Assembly (NCBI GenBank): GCA_964537135.1
Contig: CAZHZC010000002.1
Coordinates: 31,700 to 95,699, forward strand
From: an uncultured Rikenella sp.
GTDB taxonomy: Bacteria; Bacteroidota; Bacteroidia; Bacteroidales; VadinHA17
DNA: 64,000 nucleotides
Direction of reading: 5' to 3'
Shown here: positions 49,397 through 57,856 of the stretch, piece after piece
Layout of the letters: each line of letters opens with the position of its first letter
Numbering within the stretch: position 1 is the stretch's first letter
Notes under the pieces: generated by a model
Told to the model about the DNA's origin: nothing
Database searches by the model: none
Seen by the model: the letters and a program-made list of their open reading frames with translations, nothing else
Position numbers and translations under genes: made by a program

Positions 49397-50029
49397 CTAC
49401 CTCCAGCTCAGTGTCTCGATAAGGTGAATGATATCCTCCCTGAGGAACTTTATCACCGGCATCAGCGAGTCTTCATTGGGCTGTGCCATGAAGTAGAGTG
49501 AGCCACGCAGGTAGTGCCTGACACTGTCGGTGGCAAAGAACTGTACTGCTGAGGCGGTGTTTCCCTGCAGGTCATAGAGGATACCATACACCCTGGCCTG
49601 CTCATCAGCCCACAGCTTCTCATCAATAGCCTCAGCCCTGATGGTGTGCTTGTAGGCCATCTCGCGCGACATCTCCGTCAGTGATGCCAGGTTGTTGTGT
49701 ATATCAAAGTAGGTGAGGTGTATCTTGGCCTTCAGTGACGGAAACTCAATATCCATCCAGCAGGTGTCAGTGGCAGCTGCCGGATGAAGGTTAATAACTG
49801 CATAGTGAGGGTACTCAATCGAATAGGAGCAGGGAGAGTCATAGTGCAGGTAACCCTTTGCGGGCAGGTCAATCCTGAAGTAGCCTGACGGCCTGGGTAC
49901 GGGAGGCCCGCCACAGCCGGCAGTAAGCAGCAGAAGCAGCAACAGCAGCATTACCAGAGGTAGCTGCAGGAATGGTATGGCTGTTATTTTCTTTCTCCTC
50001 TCTCCTGTTCTCATCTCTTCTGTTCTCAT
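49397..50029 (-). CDS. gldD: GldD-like gliding-motility lipoprotein
   Basis: Lipobox ...LLLLLLTAGC, then PRPSGYFRIDLPAKGYLHYD... Conserved ssb-gldE-gldD order as in Flavobacterium. ATGA overlap with the gldE stop; a second in-frame ATG is at 50014. Confidence 0.65.
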   Translation of the reverse strand: MRTEEMRTGERRKKITAIPFLQLPLVMLLLLLLLLTAGCGGPPVPRPSGYFRIDLPAKGYLHYDSPCSYSIEYPHYAVINLHPAAATDTCWMDIEFPSLKAKIHLTYFDIHNNLASLTEMSREMAYKHTIRAEAIDEKLWADEQARVYGILYDLQGNTASAVQFFATDSVRHYLRGSLYFMAQPNEDSLMPVIKFLREDIIHLIETLSWR

Positions 50030-50068
50030 CTCTTCTGTTCTCCTCTCTCCTGTTCTCCTCTCCTCTCT
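49994..50068. repeat. 15-bp tandem repeat TCTCMTCTCTYCTGT x5 spanning the gldE stop and gldD start
   Basis: Units at 49994, 50009, 50024, 50039 and 50054. Contains both candidate gldD ATGs (50014, 50029) and the gldE TGA (50026-50028). Confidence 0.9.
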
Positions 50069-51378
50069 ACAGATATCTCCCTTATACGTCTCTTCTCAAC
50101 CGACTCTATTGTAAACCTGAACCCTTCTGCGGAGATGACCCTGCCGGTTGCCGGTATCTCTTCGAGCAGCTCCAGCAGCAGTCCGGCAAGTGTCTCCGAC
50201 TCACCCCTGAGCTCACTGAAAGGGTCATTTTCAATCCCCATGATCCGGTAGAAATCATTGAGAAGTATCTTACCGTCGAAGACCCACTGTCCCTCGCCGG
50301 TCTCCCGGTAGAGGGGCTCCTCATCATCGGTCTCATCGGTTATCTCACCCACGATCTCCTCAAGGATATCCTCAAGGGTCACCAGGCCGCTGGCGCCACC
50401 ATACTCATCAACCACAATAGCCATATGTATCTTCTTCTCCTGAAACTCCTTAAGCAGTCCGCTGATCATCTTTGTCTCCGGCACCACATAGGGCGGCCTG
50501 ATCAGTGTCTGCCAACGGAAGTTGTCAGGCTTGCCCAGGTGGGGCAGCAGATCCTTGACCATCAGTATGCCCCTTATGTTGTCAAATGAACCGGTATATA
50601 CCGGCAGGCGTGAGAAGCCCGACTCTATCACCTCCTCCATGATGGTGTGAAACCCTTTGCTGATATCCAGGGCCCTGACATCCATCCGGGGGCACATGAT
50701 GGCACTGACGGAGGTGTTGCCAAACCGCACCACACCGCGCAGCAGCTTCTGGTCATCCTTTATGTCAGGCGAGGTGAGGTCAATGGCTGCCGAGAGGTCG
50801 CTGATTCTGATGGGGCTGCCACTGGCCCGGTGTCTGCGCCGGGCAATGAAGGAGGTGTGGGAGAGCAGTGATGCCAGTGGCCCGAAGATAGCCGATATCA
50901 CGGTGAGTGCCGGTGCCACCATCAGCGCAAACTTAAGCTGTATGCGTGATGCAAATATTTTTGGGGTCACCTCACAGAAGAGCAGCAGGATGAAGGTGAT
51001 GACCACCACCTCAATAATGAATGAGAGTACCGGGTTGTTGCTCAGGTCAAAGAGCCTGGAGCTGATGAAGGCTGCCAGTATGATGATGGCGATATTGACA
51101 ACGTTGTTTGCTACCAGTATGGTACCCAGCAGCCTGTCAGGCTTGCCCAGCAGGCGCAGTGCCGCAGCCGGCCTGCGTCCTTTTCGCTGCCTCAGCTCTT
51201 CAAGGTCATTAGGGGTGAGGGAGAAGTAGGCTGTCTCGGAACCCGAGATAAAGGCAGATGATAATATCAGCAGCAGCAGGATAATGATCTCGGTAGAGAG
51301 TGTCATCAGTGAGGCTGTGCCGCTGACAGTAATAATCATTCTGTTGAATGAGCCTGAGATAAATGTCTCCAAGATCAC
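50026..51378 (-). CDS. gldE: GldE-like CNNM/DUF21-CBS-CorC membrane protein
   Basis: DUF21 TMs (...LILSSAFISGSETAYFSL...), CBS pair (...VSAIMCPRMDV...GFSRLPVY...IRGILMVKDLL), CorC_HlyC C-terminal domain (...GFRFTIESVEKRRI). GTG start 51378 is uncertain. Confidence 0.75.
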   Translation of the reverse strand: MILETFISGSFNRMIITVSGTASLMTLSTEIIILLLLILSSAFISGSETAYFSLTPNDLEELRQRKGRRPAAALRLLGKPDRLLGTILVANNVVNIAIIILAAFISSRLFDLSNNPVLSFIIEVVVITFILLLFCEVTPKIFASRIQLKFALMVAPALTVISAIFGPLASLLSHTSFIARRRHRASGSPIRISDLSAAIDLTSPDIKDDQKLLRGVVRFGNTSVSAIMCPRMDVRALDISKGFHTIMEEVIESGFSRLPVYTGSFDNIRGILMVKDLLPHLGKPDNFRWQTLIRPPYVVPETKMISGLLKEFQEKKIHMAIVVDEYGGASGLVTLEDILEEIVGEITDETDDEEPLYRETGEGQWVFDGKILLNDFYRIMGIENDPFSELRGESETLAGLLLELLEEIPATGRVISAEGFRFTIESVEKRRIREISVERRGEQERGEQKR

Positions 51379-51391
51379 CCGGTTTGGTTAA

Positions 51392-51958
51392 CTAAAAGGG
51401 CAGGTCGTCGGCGTCACTGTGTGAGGTGAGCTCATCACCCGGTGATGGTGCCGGCGGTACGGGAGGCTGATAGCTCTGCCCCGGCGCACTGCCACCCTGC
51501 GGGTCAGCCGGCCCGCTGCCCTGTCCGCCACCCTGGTATCCCTGGTTCCACTGGCTGCCGCTCTGCCCGCTGCCCTGGCTCCACTGGCTGCCGCTCTGCC
51601 CGCTGCCCTGGTACCCCTGGCCCTGACTGTCAGCTCTTCTTCCCAGAAGCTGTATCACCTCTGCCTCCACCTCCACAACATATCGCTTGTTACCGTCACG
51701 GTCATCATATGACCTGTAACGCAACTTACCCTCAACGAGTATCTGTGACCCTTTACGGATATAATTCTCAGCCAGCTCGGCAAGCCTTCTCCAGGCCACA
51801 ATATTGTGCCATTCGGTCTGTGTAACCTTCTCTCCACCCTTGGGGGTATATGTCTCGCTGGTAGCAAGTGAGAATGATGCCTTTATACTCGACTCAAAAC
51901 GTCTGATCTCAGGGTCACGACCCACATTGCCCACGAGTATTACCTTATTGAATGACAT
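51392..51958 (-). CDS. ssb: single-stranded DNA-binding protein
   Basis: MSFNKVILVGNVGRDPEIR...TEWHNIVAWRRLAE... OB fold, G/Q/S-rich linker with a 33-bp x2 repeat (51548-51613), and acidic tip DADDLPF. Confidence 0.96.
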   Translation of the reverse strand: MSFNKVILVGNVGRDPEIRRFESSIKASFSLATSETYTPKGGEKVTQTEWHNIVAWRRLAELAENYIRKGSQILVEGKLRYRSYDDRDGNKRYVVEVEAEVIQLLGRRADSQGQGYQGSGQSGSQWSQGSGQSGSQWNQGYQGGGQGSGPADPQGGSAPGQSYQPPVPPAPSPGDELTSHSDADDLPF

Positions 51959-52168
51959 AGCTTTAATATATTTTTCTCAGATTAAGGGTTGTAAAGGTAC
52001 GAAAAAAAACAGTCCCGCAGGTGTAACATCTCATTGAGCCGTGCGTAGTGATGCCTGAGAGGGTGCCCCGGAGGTAACGGCTGTCACCCATTATTCATAG
52101 GTACCAAAAAATCAGGTTATTCGGAGCGAAAAAAAAATATTGTCAACGTTTATTGATAAATATTATTC

Positions 52169-52176
52169 TATATTTG
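52169..52176 (+). promoter_or_regulatory. -7 promoter box TATATTTG for the HU gene
   Basis: Exact TAnnTTTG match, 52 nt upstream of ATG 52229, in an AT-rich spacer. Confidence 0.5.
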
Positions 52177-52228
52177 CATATTGAAAATCAGAACATCAAA
52201 TATTTGTTGAATTTAAAATTCTTGCAAA

Positions 52229-52516
52229 ATGACAAAAGCAGACATTGTTAACGAAATTGCCAAGAACACTGGAATTGAGAAAGTGACTGTACAGAAGAGC
52301 GTTGAGGCTTTTATGGAAGCAGTAAAGGACTCAATGGTTGCCGGCAATAATGTTTATCTCAGGGGATTCGGCAGCTTTATTGTTAAGAAGCGCGCTCAGA
52401 AGACAGCCAGGAATATCTCCAGGAACACCACTATTATCATTCCGGCCCACAATATTCCGGCATTCAAACCGGCTAAGTCTTTCATCAACAAAGTAAAATC
52501 AAACGTTAAGAACTAA
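52229..52516 (+). CDS. hup: HU-family DNA-binding protein
   Basis: 95 aa MTKADIVNEIAKNTGIEK...VYLRGFGSFIVKKRAQKTARNISRNTTIIIPAHNIPAFKP. Confidence 0.93.
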   Translation: MTKADIVNEIAKNTGIEKVTVQKSVEAFMEAVKDSMVAGNNVYLRGFGSFIVKKRAQKTARNISRNTTIIIPAHNIPAFKPAKSFINKVKSNVKN

Positions 52517-52520
52517 TTGT

Positions 52521-52613
52521 ATGCCAAGCGGAAAAAAAAGAAAAAGGCATAAGATGGCGACCCACAAGCGCAAAAAGCGTTTGAGGAAAGACAGGCATAA
52601 GAAGAAGAAATAG
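52521..52613 (+). CDS. 30-aa ultra-basic peptide, candidate bS22-like small ribosomal protein (not in the ORF track)
   Basis: My own translation: MPSGKKRKRHKMATHKRKKRLRKDRHKKKK*. ATG lies 4 nt after the HU stop and the terminator hairpin follows. Resembles, from memory, the mycobacterial bS22 pattern KKRRKRM..KKHRKLLR. Confidence 0.5.
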   Translation: MPSGKKRKRHKMATHKRKKRLRKDRHKKKK

Positions 52614-52641
52614 CATAAATGCACAGTCTGTAGCTTGAAAT

Positions 52642-52680
52642 CTAACCTAAAGATCTGCAGGTCTTTAGGTTAGTTCTATT
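52642..52680 (+). terminator. rho-independent terminator after the HU / small peptide genes
   Basis: CTAACCTAAAGA (52642-52653) pairs perfectly with TCTTTAGGTTAG (52662-52673), followed by TTCTATT. Confidence 0.7.
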
Positions 52681-52717
52681 ATAAGAGAGACAGTCATGTG
52701 ACAATAAATTCCGGACA

Positions 52718-54274
52718 GTGAATAAGGATTTAATAATCAGCGTAAAGGATGCTGAGATATCCATTGCACTACTGGAGGATAAGCAGCTTGTCGAGTTAAA
52801 CAGGGAAGATCGGAATGTAAAGTTCTCAGTCGGCGACATTTACCTTGGTAAGGTAAAGAAGATCATGCCGGGGCTTAATGCAGCGTTTATCAACGTTGGT
52901 TTCGAAAAAGATGCTTTCCTGCACTACCTTGATCTGGGCGCCCAGTTCAGATCATTGCACCGTTATTATCAGCTCTCCACCCAATCAAGGATCAGGGTTC
53001 CGGCATTCTCAAAGTTCAAGCCTGAGCCCGATATCAACAAGGAGGGTAAGATAACCGAGGTCCTTACCCAGGGTCAGACGGTCATAGTGCAGATCACGAA
53101 GGAGCCTATCTCCACCAAGGGCCCGCGGCTCGCCTCTGAGGTGAGCCTCGCAGGCCGTAATCTTGTGCTGATGCCATTCTCAGACAAGGTCTCTGTCTCC
53201 TCAAAGATAGAGAACGGTGATGAGCGAAACCGCCTCAGGTTATTGATACAAAGTATCAAACCCAAAAATTACGGCGTCATTGTACGGACGGTGGCCGAAG
53301 GTAAGAAGGTTGCTGCCCTTGACGCTGAACTTAAAGAGCTTGTCAGCCGATGGGAGAAAGCGCTCTCCTCAGTGCGCCGTGACGTTAAGTCGCCACGGCT
53401 CCTGCTGGGAGAGATGAACCGAACGACAACTATCCTCAGGGATATACTCAGTACAGATTTCAACAGTGTCATCGTCAATGATGAGGTGATAGCTGCTGAA
53501 GTGAAAAGCTACATCAGGGAGATTGCTCCTGAGAAGGAGAAGATTGTAAGAGTCTATAAAGAGCAGGTACCTATCTTTGACCATTTTGGTGTCACCAGGC
53601 AGATAAAAGGGCTCTTCGGACGTACCATATCTTTCAAAGGCGGATCATACCTTATTATAGAACATACAGAGGCTCTGCATGTCATAGATGTCAATAGCGG
53701 CAACCGGTCGAGACAGGGATCTGACCAGGAGTCAAATGCCCTCTCTGTCAACCTCGAGGCGGCACGTGAGATAGCCCGGCAGCTGCGCCTGCGCGATATG
53801 GGCGGTATTATTGTGGTTGACTTCATTGATATGCAGTCAAATGAGCACCGTCAGGCTCTCCTGGAGCGTATGAAGGAGGTGATGAACAATGACCGGGCCA
53901 AGCACAATATATTACCACTGAGCAAGTTCGGACTGTTGCAGATCACCCGCCAGAGGGTGCGCCCCGAAATGATGGTGGTGACCGATGAGAAGTGCCCTGT
54001 CTGCCGCGGCGAGGGGAAGACCGCCCCGGCACTGCTGCTTACTGACGATATTGAGCGTACCCTGGTATCGATCATCGAGAAGGTGAAGACACGTCGCTTC
54101 ATACTCAAGACACATCCCTTTGTGGCTGCCTACCTGAAGGAGGGGATATTATCCCGCATCTCAAAGCTAAACAGGAAGCATGGGGTGACCATAAAAGTTC
54201 TGCCGATGGAATCGTTTCATTACCTCCAGTACCAGTTCTTCGACAGGCAGGATAATGAGATAGATCTCAACTGA
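52718..54274 (+). CDS. rng: ribonuclease E/G family protein
   Basis: GTG start. S1 domain ...GDIYLGKVKKIMPGLNAAFINVGFEKDAFLH. Catalytic core ...HVIDVNSG...NLEAAREIARQLRLRDMGGIIVVDFIDM... Confidence 0.92.
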   Translation: MNKDLIISVKDAEISIALLEDKQLVELNREDRNVKFSVGDIYLGKVKKIMPGLNAAFINVGFEKDAFLHYLDLGAQFRSLHRYYQLSTQSRIRVPAFSKFKPEPDINKEGKITEVLTQGQTVIVQITKEPISTKGPRLASEVSLAGRNLVLMPFSDKVSVSSKIENGDERNRLRLLIQSIKPKNYGVIVRTVAEGKKVAALDAELKELVSRWEKALSSVRRDVKSPRLLLGEMNRTTTILRDILSTDFNSVIVNDEVIAAEVKSYIREIAPEKEKIVRVYKEQVPIFDHFGVTRQIKGLFGRTISFKGGSYLIIEHTEALHVIDVNSGNRSRQGSDQESNALSVNLEAAREIARQLRLRDMGGIIVVDFIDMQSNEHRQALLERMKEVMNNDRAKHNILPLSKFGLLQITRQRVRPEMMVVTDEKCPVCRGEGKTAPALLLTDDIERTLVSIIEKVKTRRFILKTHPFVAAYLKEGILSRISKLNRKHGVTIKVLPMESFHYLQYQFFDRQDNEIDLN

Positions 54275-54279
54275 CCAGC

Positions 54280-54312
54280 CTCTCTCTTCCTTGGGAGGAG
54301 AGAGTGCTATTT
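54280..54312 (+). terminator. possible terminator hairpin after rng
   Basis: CTCTCTCTTCC (54280-54290), loop TTG, GGAGGAGAGAG (54294-54304): 11 bp including one G-U, then TGCTATTTAT. Confidence 0.4.
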
Positions 54313-54420
54313 ATAGCTCAGTATCATCTATTTAACTTTTTTTAAACCTTTAATTGCACTTTACAGATCTCAAATCGGGATTGATATTCATATCTTAGCA
54401 GACTAACCAAACCTTTTGTG

Positions 54421-55626
54421 ATGCAGTTTAAAGTTTTCATGATGCTCATCTGCTTCATGGCGGTATCATGCCAGATGAGTGAAGAGCAGGTCAGCCGTAA
54501 AGCTGAGAGGATTCATGATGACATCCTTTCAGTAGACACACATTGTGATACTCCGATGCGACTTCTCAGGGCCGGTTTTGACCCCGGTATTCGCAATGAT
54601 AACGGGAATGTTGACTTCCCCAGGATGAAGGAGGGGAGGCTTGATGCTGAGTTTTTTGCAATATTCCTCGGTCAGGGGCCTCGTACCCCTGATAACTATG
54701 ACCTTCAGCACGGGATTACCCTGGCAGTATTTGACTCGATCAAGGCGGTGGTGGAGCGTAACAGTCACCAGGCAGGTATAGCACTCACCCCTGATGATGC
54801 GGTACGGCTCAAGGATGAGGGGCGGCTGGCAATCTTTATGGGTATCGAGAACGGCTATCCGATGGGAACCGACCTCTCCAGGATAAAGCAGTACTATGAC
54901 CTGGGAGCACGCTACATCACCCTGTGCCATACCTCAAACAATGATATATGTGACTCATCAACAGATCGTAATGGCCCTGAACACCATGGGCTGTCAGAGC
55001 TGGGCCGTGAGATGGTAAAGGAGATGAACCGGGTAGGAATGATGGTTGACGTCTCACATATCTCCGATGAGTCATTTTATGATGTGCTGGAGGTGACGAA
55101 GACCCCGATTATTGCATCGCACTCATCGGTGAGGGCCCTCTGTGAGAGTCCGCGTAACCTGGATGATGACATGCTTCAGGCACTGAAAAAGAATGGCGGC
55201 GTGATACAGATATGCCTGCTGAGTGACTACCTGAGGCAGCCCGAGCCCAATCCCGAGTATGATGCAAAGGTTAAGGAGATGCGTGAGAGATGGCAGGAGA
55301 TGGGACCTGACCTGACTGAGGAGGATCAGATGAAGAGATGGGCAGAGTTTTCAGAGCTGAGAAGAAAGTATGTCAAGCTGGCAACCATTGAGGATGCAGT
55401 GAACCATATACAGCATGTGGTTGATGTTATCGGTATAGACTATGTGGGAATTGGGTCTGACTTTGACGGCGGTGGCGGCATCGAAGGGTGTACCGATGTC
55501 TCGATGATGGTAAACATCACCAGGGAGCTGATCAGGCGCGGGTATAAGCGCAACGATCTGGCAAAGATCTGGGGCGGCAACTTCATGCGGGTGATGCGTG
55601 AGGTGCAGGCTATGGCTGAGGTTTAG
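54421..55626 (+). CDS. membrane dipeptidase (peptidase M19), lipoprotein
   Basis: MQFKVFMMLICFMAVSC lipobox. DTHCDTP, ITLCHTSNN, VDVSHISDESF, IASHSS, GIGSDFDGGGG. Confidence 0.9.
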   Translation: MQFKVFMMLICFMAVSCQMSEEQVSRKAERIHDDILSVDTHCDTPMRLLRAGFDPGIRNDNGNVDFPRMKEGRLDAEFFAIFLGQGPRTPDNYDLQHGITLAVFDSIKAVVERNSHQAGIALTPDDAVRLKDEGRLAIFMGIENGYPMGTDLSRIKQYYDLGARYITLCHTSNNDICDSSTDRNGPEHHGLSELGREMVKEMNRVGMMVDVSHISDESFYDVLEVTKTPIIASHSSVRALCESPRNLDDDMLQALKKNGGVIQICLLSDYLRQPEPNPEYDAKVKEMRERWQEMGPDLTEEDQMKRWAEFSELRRKYVKLATIEDAVNHIQHVVDVIGIDYVGIGSDFDGGGGIEGCTDVSMMVNITRELIRRGYKRNDLAKIWGGNFMRVMREVQAMAEV

Positions 55627-55632
55627 AACCGG

Positions 55633-55664
55633 TAAATAACTGTATAAGTAAATAACTGTATAAG
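55633..55664. repeat. 16-bp tandem duplication TAAATAACTGTATAAG x2
   Basis: Copies at 55633-55648 and 55649-55664, between the dipeptidase stop (55624-55626) and its terminator. Confidence 0.85.
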
Positions 55665-55700
55665 GCTGCGGCCCGCATTTTCATAAGGCGGGCCGCAGTC
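55664..55700 (+). terminator. rho-independent terminator after the dipeptidase gene
   Basis: CTGCGGCCCGC (55666-55676) pairs perfectly with GCGGGCCGCAG (55688-55698), flanked by a GG/TC extension, then TGTTT. Confidence 0.65.
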
Positions 55701-55774
55701 TGTTTCAGGCTTCTGGCATCAACTAGTTCGCGTCGGCCGGCACCATTCACCGCGACAGCTCCCGGCTTCCGCCT

Positions 55775-56866
55775 CTACTGCCGGGTCGCTTTCACTCTTG
55801 AGAAGCGGAGGGCTCTGATCATCCATGACGGCAGTGGCTTGTGTGGGTTACGCTTGCGCAGGTCGAGGTACCATCCCAGCTTCTTGAGAATAGGCACCTT
55901 GTGTGTCTCCACAAACTCAATAAGTGTTCCGTCGGGATCTTCAATATATGCAAAGTATCCGGCAGCCTCACCCATATCGAAGCTGCCCCCTTCATGGCTC
56001 TTCATGCTGTCTACCGTGAATGGGAATCCTGCCTCGCTGCAGTAGCTGCGTAGCTGATCCATACCCCTTATGTCATAGCAGAGATGTATGAAGCCGGGGT
56101 CACCCCAGTATCGTCCCTCATAAATCTTTGACGGCTGCCGGTCGAGAGCCTGTACCAGCTCAATGACGCTCTGTCCGAAGACAGGATTAAAACCGCCATG
56201 AAAGGGTTCGCCCGGTGCCAGCAGCAGGCGGCGGAACCGTTTGTCACCGCCGGGGAGGCCTGCCAGGTCATCAAAGGTGCCGGTGACATCATAGATCACC
56301 CTGTCATAACCCAGTATCTCCGAGTAGAGGCGGCGGGAGCGGTCAACGTCTGTGACACCAATCATTGCGCCATAGGTGCCGCCAGAGACACCCTTAAGGT
56401 TCATGAACCACTCATCAGCCTCAACAATGTGGAACAGGTTACCGTAAGGGTCATTGAGGAAGAAGGTGCTCCCTCCGGCAGGGTCAGCCTGCGGCGGGCC
56501 CGACAGTGTCAGTCCGCCATCATTCCAGTGGCGCCATGCCTTTGCCGCCTCCCTCACCTTGATCTTGGCAGCGAAGATACCCAGGTCACCCACAAGGATC
56601 TCCCGGTTACGCCGCTGTGGCACCCTGCTCTTATGCTGCCACACCTCGAACCCGCCGCCGCCCTGCAGGTTGATAGCCAGCACGGCGTGCCTCGCCTGCG
56701 GCTCACCACCCGTATAGGACAGCATCAGCTTAGCCACCGCCTCATCTTCAAATATACGGCAGTCCATACCCAGCCACCTGATATACCAGTCCCATGCCTC
56801 GGTGAGGCTGGTGACACCTATGCCTATCTGCTGTATGCCACTGATAATGTAATCTCTCTTTTTCAT
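55775..56866 (-). CDS. VOC (glyoxalase/bleomycin-resistance/dioxygenase) family protein, two-module
   Basis: 363 aa. IQQIGIGVTSLTEAWDWY...FEVWQH... and ...AMIGVTDVDRSRRLYSEILGY...HLCYDIR...YIEDPDGTLIEFVE repeat the VOC beta-alpha-beta3 pattern. Confidence 0.75.
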   Translation of the reverse strand: MKKRDYIISGIQQIGIGVTSLTEAWDWYIRWLGMDCRIFEDEAVAKLMLSYTGGEPQARHAVLAINLQGGGGFEVWQHKSRVPQRRNREILVGDLGIFAAKIKVREAAKAWRHWNDGGLTLSGPPQADPAGGSTFFLNDPYGNLFHIVEADEWFMNLKGVSGGTYGAMIGVTDVDRSRRLYSEILGYDRVIYDVTGTFDDLAGLPGGDKRFRRLLLAPGEPFHGGFNPVFGQSVIELVQALDRQPSKIYEGRYWGDPGFIHLCYDIRGMDQLRSYCSEAGFPFTVDSMKSHEGGSFDMGEAAGYFAYIEDPDGTLIEFVETHKVPILKKLGWYLDLRKRNPHKPLPSWMIRALRFSRVKATRQ

Positions 56867-56887
56867 CTTTAATAATAGTTGTTAAGA

Positions 56888-57049
56888 TCAGCTGCTTCGC
56901 CTTCAGCAGCTGTTTTGCCTTTGTCAGCTGCTTCGCTTTCATCAGCTGTTTTGCCTTTGTCAGCTGCTTCGCTTTCATCAGCTGTTTTGCCTTTGTCAGC
57001 TGCTATGCCTTCGTCAGCTGTTTCGCCTTTATCAGCTGCTTTGCACTCC
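56888..57049. repeat. 18-bp tandem repeat TCAGCTGYTTYGCCTTYR x9 (36-bp higher order) filling the SDR-VOC spacer
   Basis: Nine contiguous units from 56888 to 57049, each containing a CAGCTG palindrome. The array abuts the SDR stop (57050-57052) and ends 21 nt before the VOC ATG (56866). Confidence 0.92.
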
Positions 57050-57856
57050 CTACATCGGTTCAATTCTTCCTGCCAGCCTGTAAAAGAGGGGTGGCAGGTA
57101 TCTTCTTATCCAGAGCATCAGCAGCTCCGTACTGCCTACCAGTATCTCCCTCCGGTTACGTTTTAGTCCGCGTATGATCTGTCTGGCAGCCTTTTCGGTT
57201 GTCACACCGCCCTTCTGTCCGTCATCCATCCTGCCATGTTCACTGCCATTGGCTGTCAGTGCGTGCAGTGATATAGATGTCTGCACTCTGCCCGGTATGA
57301 TCATTGAGACCTTTATATTATCTTTTCGGTGTTCCAGCAGGAGGGTCTCAAAAAAGCCGTGCAGCGCCTGCTTTGATGCTGAGTAGGCTGATCTGAGCGG
57401 GAAGCCGAAGCGTCCGGTGATGGAGCTGGTGGCTGCTATCTGGCCTCCGCCGGCAGCTATCATGTGTGGCAGCACCGCACGGGTGAGGGCGATAGTTCCG
57501 AAGTAGTTTATCTCCATGATCTTGCGATCGAGCCACATGGGTGTCTCAACCAGGAGTGCCCTCTGGCTGATGCCAGCCACGTTAATAAGGATATCTATAC
57601 GGCCCTCCCTGGCGACAACCTGCTCTGCCAGCTCATCGATGGCGGAGTTCTCCTCGAGGTCAAAGGCGACGGTAGTGACTTTACCCTTCAGTCCGGCACA
57701 CTCATTTGCCACCCTGGTTAGTCCGGCAGTGTCACTTGATGATGCTATGACACGGCTTCCCTCCCGGGCAAAGGCCCTGACCAGTCCCTCCCCGATGCCC
57801 GATGATGCTCCGGTGATCCAGACCACTTTACCTGTAAAAAAATCTTTTCTGTTCAA
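57050..57856 (-). CDS. SDR-family oxidoreductase
   Basis: TGASSGIGEGL (TGxxxGxG), NVAG, and YSASKQAL catalytic YxxxK. ATGA overlap with the upstream acyltransferase stop. Confidence 0.9.
   Translation of the reverse strand: MNRKDFFTGKVVWITGASSGIGEGLVRAFAREGSRVIASSSDTAGLTRVANECAGLKGKVTTVAFDLEENSAIDELAEQVVAREGRIDILINVAGISQRALLVETPMWLDRKIMEINYFGTIALTRAVLPHMIAAGGGQIAATSSITGRFGFPLRSAYSASKQALHGFFETLLLEHRKDNIKVSMIIPGRVQTSISLHALTANGSEHGRMDDGQKGGVTTEKAARQIIRGLKRNRREILVGSTELLMLWIRRYLPPLFYRLAGRIEPM

Noticed and set aside
51959-52228. 270-bp ssb-hup spacer and other spacers (54275-54420, 59182-59349) inspected for tRNA or small RNA genes.
   Set aside because: I could not fold a cloverleaf or find conserved T-loop/D-loop motifs. 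Apart from the promoter box nothing is supportable by eye. A covariance-model scan would be needed to exclude sRNAs.
56198-56872. 224-aa plus-strand ORF opposite the VOC-family gene.
   Set aside because: The minus-strand protein has the repeated VOC module pattern and a proper start. The plus-strand product has no motifs.
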